The notes under the pieces: generated by a model
Seen by the model: only the letters and a program-made list of their open reading frames with translations
The model's database searches: none
Told to the model about the DNA's origin: nothing
IMG/VR virus record: IMGVR_UViG_3300044470_000407
Coordinates: 1-44,044 of that record
Reading direction: 5' to 3' (one strand)
From: a virus
Taxonomy: Duplodnaviria; Caudoviricetes
DNA: 44,044 bases
Translations under genes and position numbers: made by a program
Shown here: positions 27,943 through 37,594 of the stretch, in pieces
Layout: every line of letters starts with the position of its first letter
Position numbering within the stretch: position 1 is the first letter of the stretch

Positions 27943-29298
27943 TTAGCTCACGCTCCCTTTCAACATTTTGAATGCGAATGCTGTTCCCGGCTTTCCATCA
28001 AGCCGCGCTACAAATCTGACATTTGTTTCGTCATACTCGAAACGCGGTGCATCACTGATGTCAATGCGCATATCTGAGCGCATGCCCAGAATGTACATAC
28101 CCAGATTTGCGATGATTACGTCACCGGTCTGTCCCAGTGCCGGCACGTTTTTCGTGACATGGTATGGGTGATCAAGGATAGTGGGCGTCATGAGTGGTGT
28201 GCCCATTCTTTCTCCCCACGATTCACGGACAATAGGCTGACCCACTTTGTCGGTCTTGAGCCGGAGATTGGCAAGTGTCTTACGACGCATAAGCCAGAAC
28301 TCTGAACCGGCAAAGATTTCGTCCAGTTCACCATCCACCTTGATCAAATCAGGATAGTTCAACGAACCCGCAACAAGTCTGGGCACTGCCGATGCAATGA
28401 TGTCTGCATCACGCGTGATACCCAACGGCTGTGTCGTGCCATTGCCCTGGATAACGTAGTACTCAAGACGATATTGCCAAGCCTTGACCAGAAGTCCAGT
28501 CATGTAATTGACAATATTGATCACGCTGTCCTGGATGATTTCATCTGTGAGAATGACACCAGCCACGACCTTTTTGGCCAGAAGCACGATGCGCTCAATG
28601 TCGGCTTTTTTGGGATTGATCAGAACACCCTCACCCGTGTTTTTTACAACACCGGCGTTGTACGTAATGCCGCCAGCTTCCTGAAAGGTCACTCCACCAA
28701 AGTATGACCCATCACTCTGGGTCAGCTTGGGGATTGACACAATGGAAGCGTTCATCGGCATACGCCATACATTGTTGAGCACCGGTGATTGTTTGATAGC
28801 TGCTTCAATGACCATGGACGGAAATTCAATGGGCACCAAGTAACTTCCATTGCTGGTGTTATCTTCAGCCATTGCATCCGTGGGTGCTTTGATCCCATAC
28901 GTTTTGTACTCTTCCGCAATCAGGTTTTTGAGATCCTGATAGGGGAACTGGAGCAGTGCATTCCGGTTTCCGGTGCACTTGAGCAGCTTGCCCCACAGCT
29001 CCATCGCCGGAGAAAGCTTTTTGTATGGGCCGCCAAAACTGCAAAGGCTTGCAGCGTATTCAGCATCCGTCTGTCCGGCGTATCCCTTGCGAAGCATGGA
29101 AACGTCCAGGACACTGCCTGCACGCGATTTGATCTGGCCACCTGCGAAATCACCCTCTTCACCGAAATTGGGATAAATCTTTTTGATTTCTGCCTTCAGG
29201 CCTGTTTCGGTAAAAGCCTTTACAGCTGCAAGAGCAGCTGTTGAACTGCCGCTATCAATCATAGCCTGCAGGTCTTTGAGTTCCAACTCGTTTTCCAT
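27943..29298 (-). CDS. Major capsid protein, HK97 fold
   Basis: N-terminal delta region, GSYLVPIEF, GNGTTQPLGI, RFVARLDG. Confidence 0.93.
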   Translation of the reverse strand: MENELELKDLQAMIDSGSSTAALAAVKAFTETGLKAEIKKIYPNFGEEGDFAGGQIKSRAGSVLDVSMLRKGYAGQTDAEYAASLCSFGGPYKKLSPAMELWGKLLKCTGNRNALLQFPYQDLKNLIAEEYKTYGIKAPTDAMAEDNTSNGSYLVPIEFPSMVIEAAIKQSPVLNNVWRMPMNASIVSIPKLTQSDGSYFGGVTFQEAGGITYNAGVVKNTGEGVLINPKKADIERIVLLAKKVVAGVILTDEIIQDSVINIVNYMTGLLVKAWQYRLEYYVIQGNGTTQPLGITRDADIIASAVPRLVAGSLNYPDLIKVDGELDEIFAGSEFWLMRRKTLANLRLKTDKVGQPIVRESWGERMGTPLMTPTILDHPYHVTKNVPALGQTGDVIIANLGMYILGMRSDMRIDISDAPRFEYDETNVRFVARLDGKPGTAFAFKMLKGSVS

Positions 29299-29314
29299 AT
29301 GAGACTCCTTTTGG

Positions 29315-30940
29315 TTATTTGGTTACTTTGCCGGACAATCGACGTAACTCAGCCGTCACCGTTTCAGCCACGACTGCTTGAGACTTCGCAATCATAGCCG
29401 CGACCACTTCAACCGTGATTTTCGGTTTGGCTGTTGGTTTGATCTTCAACACCTTCACTTGCGCCTGGGGTTTGAGTTTCAGTATGGGCGGTTTCTTCTC
29501 TGGGACAACGGGGTTTGTCTCAGGAGAATGACACGCCTTAATAAATTCCTTTGCTAAAGGCATTGCACACTTATGGTGCTCTGCCACGATTTTCTTTGCT
29601 TCTGCTTCAGGCACACACGCTTTGTTTCCCGTAAGGGTTTGAATGCTTTTGATCATTTCATTTCGTGCTGCGTGCAAAGCCCTATGTTGAGCCGTATACG
29701 CTTTTTCATTATTATCAAATGATTTATGGGCATCTTCAACTCTATGCCACATAGTTACAAGATCATGTTGAGCAGATAACAAATCATCCTCAAGATATTG
29801 TAAACCTTCAGGAAGTTTTCCATCAACAGTGTGCGCCGTAATATCGGATTGAATACCTGCAATTCTAGTCCTTAAATTTGCTTCAAGTTTTCCAAGAGGC
29901 GTTTCTAAATTATGAGAGTGATCCGCCATAACTGCTTCAATACCTTCTTTTCCATGTCCCGGTCTTGGTCCTGAGCCAGGTCTACCTTTTTCTTCAGCTT
30001 CAATCTTTGGCAGTGTAGCTTCCTTTTTCATGTCCCGAACACACTTGATATACTTTACCACGTGCGGCGTAACACTGTCAGAAAAGTCATCCATTGCCTC
30101 TTTTGCGCAACCTTCTGTACCACGTTCGGTCACATCATCCTTGGAAAAGGCTTTGAGGTCACTCACCAACTCCTTATGCATTGCATAGATGTTTTTATGC
30201 GCAAGCTCGTGTGGTGCTTTTTTGGATTTGATTTCTTCAACTTCATCCAAGTCTTTTACAGCTTCTTCTGAGCTAGGTCCACCTTTTTCCTCTTCCAAAA
30301 CCTTTCCTGTTTGATCCACGTTTTTTCCGCAACCTGGACATTTCACAGCACCGACAGAGACTTCTGGTTCTTTTGCATAATCAAATTCTTTTGAGCACCC
30401 TAAACACTTTATGATTGGTATTACCACAAACTTAGGCTCTGCTAGTAAATCGCCGTATTTCTTCATTGCCAGCGTTGTTGCTTCCTTGTTCATCCCCACG
30501 GCAACTTGGGAATACTCATGCAGTTCCCATTCGTCAACACGGCGACCACCCTTTATCGGTGTTGCTTTAATGCTGTTGAAACCGATTGACCAATTGGGCA
30601 TGGTATCATCCTTGGCTTTTTCATACAGCCGCTGGCCAACACATGTTGGAATAGTCAATTTGCGATCATCAAAGAATTTGGTTGTGGCAAGGATACCAAC
30701 CTTGCCCTCGTTTTCGCCGGGAACAATACTCAATGCTTTAGCAATAGGCTCATTCCCGAAAACTGGATCTTGTCCGTGCTGAAACAGTACAACGGGCTTT
30801 CCACGGATGACCATTCCTTTTGCCACCATAACATCGCCACCGCTGTCCTGGGTTTCAGTGCTGATGAAATGCGTGATGGTCAAGTTTGCATCATCCCAAC
30901 TCACAACTTTGCCGGGTAGCTCTTTGTACTGCAGTTTCAT
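29315..30940 (-). CDS. HK97-type prohead protease with a long multi-module C-terminal extension
   Basis: DSGGDV, VLFQHG, WSIGF, ELHEYSQVAVGMN. Confidence 0.88.
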   Translation of the reverse strand: MKLQYKELPGKVVSWDDANLTITHFISTETQDSGGDVMVAKGMVIRGKPVVLFQHGQDPVFGNEPIAKALSIVPGENEGKVGILATTKFFDDRKLTIPTCVGQRLYEKAKDDTMPNWSIGFNSIKATPIKGGRRVDEWELHEYSQVAVGMNKEATTLAMKKYGDLLAEPKFVVIPIIKCLGCSKEFDYAKEPEVSVGAVKCPGCGKNVDQTGKVLEEEKGGPSSEEAVKDLDEVEEIKSKKAPHELAHKNIYAMHKELVSDLKAFSKDDVTERGTEGCAKEAMDDFSDSVTPHVVKYIKCVRDMKKEATLPKIEAEEKGRPGSGPRPGHGKEGIEAVMADHSHNLETPLGKLEANLRTRIAGIQSDITAHTVDGKLPEGLQYLEDDLLSAQHDLVTMWHRVEDAHKSFDNNEKAYTAQHRALHAARNEMIKSIQTLTGNKACVPEAEAKKIVAEHHKCAMPLAKEFIKACHSPETNPVVPEKKPPILKLKPQAQVKVLKIKPTAKPKITVEVVAAMIAKSQAVVAETVTAELRRLSGKVTK

Positions 30941-31065
30941 TTTATTCCTCCAATTGGTTTTGATTTGGTTTCATATTTTTTCTTCAAACAGTCTTTAGGC
31001 TTTTTATTTTGACCGCAACCACACATTGCCACGTAGGATCGACAACGATTACATTCAGCTTGCAT
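30937..31065 (-). CDS. Small Cys-rich basic protein (42 aa)
   Basis: MQAECNRCRSYVAMCGCG...; stop overlaps the protease ATG. Confidence 0.45.
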   Translation of the reverse strand: MQAECNRCRSYVAMCGCGQNKKPKDCLKKKYETKSKPIGGIK

Positions 31066-31069
31066 TTCT

Positions 31070-31639
31070 TTAGTGCTGTATTGCATTTAAGAACTCCAAA
31101 TTCTTTTGAAGGTCATGCTGCATTGTCCAACCCAAATCGGTGTTGAGACTTCTGCCCCGGTTTGGGATTATTTTATAGAAACCGAGATTCTGAGCAACGT
31201 GTTTACATTGTTGTTCAAGTTTGATTCCCGGTTTGAATGAATTGACAAAAGATTGTATGAACATCGTATCCATAAACATAATATCAGTTGAATATCCGGT
31301 TTTGTCCCAGTCACTTCCAATATAATGAAGTTTTTCTTTTTCCATTACGTTGAGTAAATGGACAATAGCTTCTTCAATACACAACCAGCTATCAACAGAA
31401 AGTTTGATCCATTTATGAACACCGTTGTTTTTGAGAACATTAAACCCACCACAAATCATTTTTCCATCCCCAGCGGATAGCCCAGGATTATCACAACGAA
31501 AATTACAATCCATATTTGATTGACCATTGTAACAAAACGCAATATTGGCCTTTATCATCTTATAAGACTCTATCAGCTTTTTAAGGTGCGGCCAATACGC
31601 TTCCCTGTTGTAACAGGTAATTATAAAATTCACGTTCAT
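31070..31639 (-). CDS. GT-A-like putative glycosyltransferase
   Basis: VNFIITCYNRE start; WIKLSVDSW. Confidence 0.5.
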   Translation of the reverse strand: MNVNFIITCYNREAYWPHLKKLIESYKMIKANIAFCYNGQSNMDCNFRCDNPGLSAGDGKMICGGFNVLKNNGVHKWIKLSVDSWLCIEEAIVHLLNVMEKEKLHYIGSDWDKTGYSTDIMFMDTMFIQSFVNSFKPGIKLEQQCKHVAQNLGFYKIIPNRGRSLNTDLGWTMQHDLQKNLEFLNAIQH

Positions 31640-32151
31640 TTTTGCCCCACTGCCCAACAATCATCTTCTGTTGGAGATGATTTGGAAATTGCTGATGCAA
31701 CAAACTTTAATTCAGGTTCAATCAAACAACGCATTCCATCGGGAAGAAACCGCCAGCAATCAATCGGGTATCTATGTTGCGTCCACCGGAAAGGAGCAAT
31801 CAAAAACATAAAGCCGTTCGGCTTGAGTATTCGCGCCATTTCCTTCACCAACGCAAAAGGATTTTTGCAATGTTCAAGCGTTTGGCCGGAGATAACCAAA
31901 TCAGCGTATCCATCTGGCACTGGGATAGAATCTGTCATAATTATGTCAACATTAATTCCCATAGCAATATCAACACCATGATATTGCCAGCCGTCAAAAA
32001 GTGGTTTGTAGGTGCCGTTGATATCTTGACTACCAATATCAAATATGACACCCGGTTTTGGACTGTATTTTGATACAAGTCCTTTCATTAACTGATAAGA
32101 TGAATTATGCACTAAGAATTGTCTCCAGATCGTTTGTGTGTCCTTGTTCAT
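31636..32151 (-). CDS. Class I SAM-dependent methyltransferase
   Basis: FDIGS, GVDI, DLVISGQTLEH, RILKPNG, HRYPIDCWRF. Confidence 0.9.
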   Translation of the reverse strand: MNKDTQTIWRQFLVHNSSYQLMKGLVSKYSPKPGVIFDIGSQDINGTYKPLFDGWQYHGVDIAMGINVDIIMTDSIPVPDGYADLVISGQTLEHCKNPFALVKEMARILKPNGFMFLIAPFRWTQHRYPIDCWRFLPDGMRCLIEPELKFVASAISKSSPTEDDCWAVGQK

Positions 32152-32509
32152 CCTTTATAATGCCAAGGAGCACAGCCGCCGTGGCAAAATCCTGCTGGGC
32201 CCAGGCTTGGCTGATCCTTTCGGTGTACCGGAGTATAGCCGTGTTTTCGCCTGTCAGGTCTTGGTTTAGCATGGCATCGTTTTCTGATGCTGTAAAGATT
32301 TGACCGATATTCGCGCTTGGCACACCGCCGAGAAAAGTAATCAAGTCATTCAGTTTTCGAGCGTGCTTCATCTCATCTTTTGCATGGGCTAAAAGCTCAT
32401 CCCGATATACCACATACAATCCATCAAGGCAAGCCGCGTGTTGCATGTATTGAATGCCATTGGCATATTCTAATGCCAAATCAGCGTTGAGTAATTCAAT
32501 CAAGTTCAT
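32105..32509 (-). CDS. Ferritin-like (bacterioferritin-type) protein
   Basis: LALEY...QY..H, DEMKH, E, DEQGH di-iron ligands. Confidence 0.88.
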   Translation of the reverse strand: MNLIELLNADLALEYANGIQYMQHAACLDGLYVVYRDELLAHAKDEMKHARKLNDLITFLGGVPSANIGQIFTASENDAMLNQDLTGENTAILRYTERISQAWAQQDFATAAVLLGIIKDEQGHTNDLETILSA

Positions 32510-32729
32510 AATTACTCCAACGGCCAAATTAAGATATTGGTGCAATCCGTTCCGGTTTTGTAAATCTTTGTCACGTTGAGCATCGGAAAATAGTCAAGCA
32601 TAGCGCTAATCTTCCTGAATCCAGGGCCAATATCCGGTCGTCGCTGTCCATCCGATAGAATCGGTTATGCGTATTATTTTCATATTGTCACCCCGCCCGC
32701 CATCGCCAGTATTACCAGTAAAACAAATT

Positions 32730-33476
32730 TCATTCTGACCTCGTTTTCCGTAATGTCCAAAAATCACTGGCCAAATCGGCGTTGGTAAGATATGCATAAG
32801 GCATCTGAAAAAAGCCTTTTTGACCCCAAGACATTCCCCAGGAATTTGCGCAAAGGAACATTTTTGTCTTGTCATCATACCCAACACAGTACACACAATG
32901 ACCACCAAGAAAGCTTTCATTGGTTTGTGGCATAGGTACAATACCGGATTGCGCAACCTCATCGGACTCAAAAGACTCATACACGGAAAAGCCAAAAACA
33001 AAAGGAAACCCGTCAGCCAAGCAAGTTTTCATATCCTGTATTGTTTTCAGTGCCATGAACAACACAAGATCATGCTTTATTGATGCTTGATAACAGGATT
33101 TCAACGGCTGCCAAGTGAAATGAGCAATATCATAAGGCCATATTGCTTCAGGGCAACAACCGTGTTGCTTCAAGACTTTGATTCCATCACGGATTTCCGC
33201 ACCGCTGTCCACGTTCGGCGTGCCCTCAGCATATCGCTCATTGTAGTACAGATACAAACGCGATAATGAAACCAAAGGATGTTTGTCCTTCAGTTCAAGG
33301 AATTCAACACAGGACGTTATGCCGTGCGCCGTACAACTACCTAGTTGTCCCTGGTCCTTAATGGGTGGGCAAGTTGCCCTGAGGGACACGCTGGGGGGAA
33401 GTACCTGTGACGGCGCTGGCATAAGTAAATCCCGGAAGTCTGGCAGCTGACGTTTCCAACCATATACGTGTTTCAT
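32730..33476 (-). CDS. Papain-like cysteine peptidase (C1A)
   Basis: DQGQLGSCTAH, GGHCV, NSWG. Confidence 0.93.
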   Translation of the reverse strand: MKHVYGWKRQLPDFRDLLMPAPSQVLPPSVSLRATCPPIKDQGQLGSCTAHGITSCVEFLELKDKHPLVSLSRLYLYYNERYAEGTPNVDSGAEIRDGIKVLKQHGCCPEAIWPYDIAHFTWQPLKSCYQASIKHDLVLFMALKTIQDMKTCLADGFPFVFGFSVYESFESDEVAQSGIVPMPQTNESFLGGHCVYCVGYDDKTKMFLCANSWGMSWGQKGFFQMPYAYLTNADLASDFWTLRKTRSE

Positions 33477-36028
33477 TTTGCCTCCATTGGTGTAAAGTAA
33501 ATTCCACACCTACAGTTACAACTTTCCTCAGCCAAATCACCGGTGCCTGGCGTTTGCATTTTATCCGCGCCCACCACAAAATCTTCATCTAAATCAATGA
33601 TGCCTTGTTCAGCAGCGGCACGGTGGGTATCACGGGTATGAGGATCATCTTCAATCAGCCAACCTTTTCCCATTCCCGGCAATTCCATCTGAACAACTCC
33701 TTCAAGTTGTCCACGTCCAGTTGCTGCGGTTGCTTCTGTCCTGGCAACCTCGTTTGCGCGCCAGGTTTCGGCACCGGTGAAATAGTCTCTAAGGTGCTCT
33801 GACATCCTGAGAAGCGGTTCACCCTCTTCAAAGTCTGTGCGGAGTTTACTGCGTACTGCATCAATAGTCGTTTGCGCCGTTGTTTCAGAAGTATCATCAA
33901 GCCGGTCACCAATCCACTTTACAACACGTGGGTCACTGAGGTTGAAATCAAGGTTTTCTTCGGCATCGGCTTTTATCGTTTTGAGGGACGCCATTTGCAT
34001 TTTGCCTGCACTTTGTAGCACTGCTGAGTATACAGGTTTAAAAGCAGCTTTCAAACTTTTAATCATATCCGCTTTGTCAGGCAATATCTCACTGACACGG
34101 TCCTTATGCTCAGCAAGCCACTGTTGTTTGCTATTCAAATTCATAGACGCAATGTTGGATTTGATTTTGATACCATGCTTTTCAAGGTTGTTAATCACGC
34201 GTGCACTTGTCTCTTGTAGGAATTTGACAAAGGCTTTCTTAAACAAAGGTTCATATGAGGTTGCTTCGGCGTCAAACTTTTTCCAAATGGCTTGTTTTGT
34301 ATCTGGTGAAATAAATGACTTTGAATGACTATTATGTAAAGCAATAAAAGCATCATGAGCACGAGGGTCAGAATTGCTTATGATTTCCCAACCGTATTGA
34401 GTTCTTATCATTGTTTCAACGTGTTTGCCTGTTTCATCATGAGTGATTCTGATTTGAATATTACCATGACTGAAGTTTTCCTCATGATGTCCACCTTGGG
34501 GACCACTTCCCGGTCCACCCTTTTGTGAAGGCAGCTCAACTGCTGGTTTTTCCAACGGCGCTACACCGCCCTGCTGCGATCCAGGCTTGGGCTGTCCGGT
34601 AGGTGTCCCCTGCACTGGACGTGCACCTACACTGTCTAACGGCACTAAAAGTGGTGATACTAATATTATGTCACCACCGTCCATAGGCTCAAGTCCCATC
34701 TTGTTTCGCTCTTCATTGCGAGTTGTGACTCCAGTAGTCAAGTTGGTGTTACGTTCCTGAATGTCCTGAGCACGGTCCTGAAAGTGAGGATAATCAAATT
34801 CAAAATCAAGGTTCTCATCGTATGAATGAACAAGCGGTTGAAAGTATTCGGTAATGAGCATGGCACGTGGCTTTATAGCTTCATTGAAGAAACCCATGTC
34901 CACCACTTCCAAATTGGAGCGGTTCTGATGCTCTGTTAAGCCAATTTTTCCGGCTGAGAGATCATGTGCAGACAACATCTTGTCACGTGCCATACGCTCA
35001 ATTTCATCCACCATTGCATCACGAGCATTCTGAGTCAAAGCCTTTTCGACTTTCAAACCTGAATGAAGAATGAACTTTTGTCCGGCGTTTTTTGCGCCAG
35101 TGTAGTTACTAAGTTGACCAGCAATTTCGTTGTACTGTTTCTGCGTCAGATTCTGGTCAGTAGAAAACATGTTGGAAAACATTGCACCGTTTTTGTAGAA
35201 AGCGGTGATCTGCTGCATAAGGTATTGATCCATGTTGAAGGAGTATAGCTGCGCTTTAAGTGCAGACATCCCTTCAAACGGATTACGCAACGATGTATAG
35301 TGCATCCATATAATTTCTTCTTTGGTAAACTCCGTGTTGATATCTTGATCGAGCAACCGAAAGGCTCTAATTAAAGCCTTGCCATCATTTCCTGGCACCG
35401 GCTTGAATTGGCCTGTCCATGTCGCTGGGAGAATGTGAAGCTCAGTGGGATGACCAAACATATCAAGCTTGGCTTTGTATATACCAACAGCGCCATCAAG
35501 CTCAAGATGAATCATCAGCATCCGCCAGAAATTGTATCTGACCATATCTGGGCTTGGTGCATTGACTAAATCAAGGAAAGGATGATCTTCAATTTCGATG
35601 CGTTCAATACCATGGTCTTTTTTCAGCTTATGGGCTTTTGCATTTGGTTGCAAATCTTTCATTTGAAACATCAAGGACTTGGCATAATAAGGCTTGACAT
35701 TCTTGCCCTGACTATTTTCATAGCGGAAAAGCTTTGCAGGTAAAGCAGCAAGTGTACGTGCAATCTTTTCAGTGGCAGTATACTCCCACGAAACATACAT
35801 GTTTGCGAGCTGATACCAGGTGAGGGATTGTTGCCAACCATAAGCACCAAAGGCAGCATACATCGCCGGGATGATCTGTTGCATTCCACCTTCAACGGTC
35901 CCGGCAATCGGCGCTGGCGTTGCGCCGTTTGCGTCAAACCAACTACGCTTTTCCTCTGCTGAAGTGTGTTGGATGATGTCTTGAACTGAGCGTTTTTTGG
36001 GGACTAGTTTTCTAACAGCAGTTGTCAC
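33473..36028 (-). CDS. Portal protein fused to a MuF (minor head) domain
   Basis: HK97-like portal (DHPFLDL, NPFEGMS, TRNEERNKMGLEP) plus MuF motifs (ARTE, W...D..TR.TH, CNCRC). Likely GTG start at 36028. Confidence 0.9.
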   Translation of the reverse strand: MTTAVRKLVPKKRSVQDIIQHTSAEEKRSWFDANGATPAPIAGTVEGGMQQIIPAMYAAFGAYGWQQSLTWYQLANMYVSWEYTATEKIARTLAALPAKLFRYENSQGKNVKPYYAKSLMFQMKDLQPNAKAHKLKKDHGIERIEIEDHPFLDLVNAPSPDMVRYNFWRMLMIHLELDGAVGIYKAKLDMFGHPTELHILPATWTGQFKPVPGNDGKALIRAFRLLDQDINTEFTKEEIIWMHYTSLRNPFEGMSALKAQLYSFNMDQYLMQQITAFYKNGAMFSNMFSTDQNLTQKQYNEIAGQLSNYTGAKNAGQKFILHSGLKVEKALTQNARDAMVDEIERMARDKMLSAHDLSAGKIGLTEHQNRSNLEVVDMGFFNEAIKPRAMLITEYFQPLVHSYDENLDFEFDYPHFQDRAQDIQERNTNLTTGVTTRNEERNKMGLEPMDGGDIILVSPLLVPLDSVGARPVQGTPTGQPKPGSQQGGVAPLEKPAVELPSQKGGPGSGPQGGHHEENFSHGNIQIRITHDETGKHVETMIRTQYGWEIISNSDPRAHDAFIALHNSHSKSFISPDTKQAIWKKFDAEATSYEPLFKKAFVKFLQETSARVINNLEKHGIKIKSNIASMNLNSKQQWLAEHKDRVSEILPDKADMIKSLKAAFKPVYSAVLQSAGKMQMASLKTIKADAEENLDFNLSDPRVVKWIGDRLDDTSETTAQTTIDAVRSKLRTDFEEGEPLLRMSEHLRDYFTGAETWRANEVARTEATAATGRGQLEGVVQMELPGMGKGWLIEDDPHTRDTHRAAAEQGIIDLDEDFVVGADKMQTPGTGDLAEESCNCRCGIYFTPMEAK

Positions 36029-36126
36029 ATTGTCCCCCTTACACAACATTCATCCTCAATTTCAAACAACTCTTCTGTTGCTATTTGTTGAAGCATAGCT
36101 TGGTATTCCTCGTTTGACAATGGCAT
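36025..36126 (-). CDS. Small acidic ORF (33 aa)
   Basis: MPLSNEEYQAMLQQIATEELFEIEDECCVRGTM; fills the gap exactly. Confidence 0.4.
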   Translation of the reverse strand: MPLSNEEYQAMLQQIATEELFEIEDECCVRGTM

Positions 36127-36127
36127 T

Positions 36128-37594
36128 TCATTCAAACACATAAACACCTGGTGTTCCTTGAACGTCAGGATGCCAACAAGCCAAACAAGCAGCATCCCCA
36201 TCATCGGTTGAACGGCCTAATCTTTTTCTGATATCATCTTTTGACTCAATCAGGATAACACCATCACTTCGCATGATACGTTTCGGTGCAGTCAAATCGC
36301 CTATGAGCATAGGATCATCAGGCAAACACAACGTGGGATGATTTTGTGGATCCAGTTGTTCACGCATTGACCACCACATTGCTGCTCGTACATTGGCAAA
36401 GCCTAATATACCTGAAGCATCCTTGCGGTCTGTCTTTTCACCAAAGTTAATATGATTGCATTTGACTTCAAGTTCATCTAAGCGACAAGCCGTGCCTGCA
36501 CCTTCTCCAAAGGACGTATCAATGTTGATATAAGCATCACCATCAACCATTGTCATTAGCTTCCCGGCTAATTTCATTGAGTTGGATTTGCCTTCACGAT
36601 ATGGTGGCATGATCACGTGATCGTGTCTCGAATAGAAACAGGTCTTATCAACACCTTGTCCAGCCGTATCAGCGCCGATACAAGTCAAAGCGGGCAATTC
36701 AGTACTCGTATTTTGCCAAGCATACCAACGCCGTATTGCTGCGTTGACCCATGACAACGGGATAGTCATATCAACGCTGTCTTCAGCAAACATCCCCCAA
36801 ACGCGGTTGATATACACCGGATTTGTAACACCCCAGGCTGCGCGCTTCTCACGTGCCCAGGAGATAGATACACGCTTTGCGCGTATAGCGTCACGGAGAG
36901 AAAAGAAAAGACGGCACCAATGCTCATATCCTGGCTTGCATGAGCAGATGTTATAGTAGGTCCCGCTGGCCGCACCAGGTGTAGATGAAACGATTTGAAT
37001 ATGATCACCAGGGGTAGAAAAAGCACCTTCAGCAGATTCAAAGATAGGTGCTTCAATCTCTTTTGCTTCGTCAAAGATATATACCACGCGTTGAGCGTGC
37101 GCTCCTTCAATGCTTTCCGGCTGTCCTGGGGAAACGGCTGTGGCGAAAGATGAAGGACCAAATTCAATCTTGGTGGTAAGCAGTTTGGGCGTTGAACCAA
37201 ACTTTGTCCAATCGGTTTTGTTATACCATTTGCTGATTTCCGGCCAGAGGTAATCTTCAAGCTGACGCCACACACTGGCAGTTGTTATCACCTTGCAATC
37301 ATTCGAGACAGCGCCAGCCCAAAGTACAACGATAGCATCGAATGTTGTCTTGCCTGCACCATGTACGGCCTGAAGCGCAATCCGGTTATGCTTAGACAAA
37401 GCGGCAAAGGCTTTTTCGAGGTAAGGATCGAGCTTGATATTTACAAACTCTTTAACCCATCCAAGGCAATCGTTGTAATATTTTTTCTTGTTGACGTTCT
37501 GTGGGGAGTTCTTACGTGACAAAAGCACCTGTGTTATTACAAGGCTTTGTAGCAGGAGGTGGCGTTGTGTTGCCTTATTGAGCGTTGTTGGCAT
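36128..37594 (-). CDS. terL: Terminase large subunit
   Basis: HGAGKT, IFDEA, STP, GADTAGQGVD, RLGRSTDDGDA. Confidence 0.93.
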   Translation of the reverse strand: MPTTLNKATQRHLLLQSLVITQVLLSRKNSPQNVNKKKYYNDCLGWVKEFVNIKLDPYLEKAFAALSKHNRIALQAVHGAGKTTFDAIVVLWAGAVSNDCKVITTASVWRQLEDYLWPEISKWYNKTDWTKFGSTPKLLTTKIEFGPSSFATAVSPGQPESIEGAHAQRVVYIFDEAKEIEAPIFESAEGAFSTPGDHIQIVSSTPGAASGTYYNICSCKPGYEHWCRLFFSLRDAIRAKRVSISWAREKRAAWGVTNPVYINRVWGMFAEDSVDMTIPLSWVNAAIRRWYAWQNTSTELPALTCIGADTAGQGVDKTCFYSRHDHVIMPPYREGKSNSMKLAGKLMTMVDGDAYINIDTSFGEGAGTACRLDELEVKCNHINFGEKTDRKDASGILGFANVRAAMWWSMREQLDPQNHPTLCLPDDPMLIGDLTAPKRIMRSDGVILIESKDDIRKRLGRSTDDGDAACLACWHPDVQGTPGVYVFE

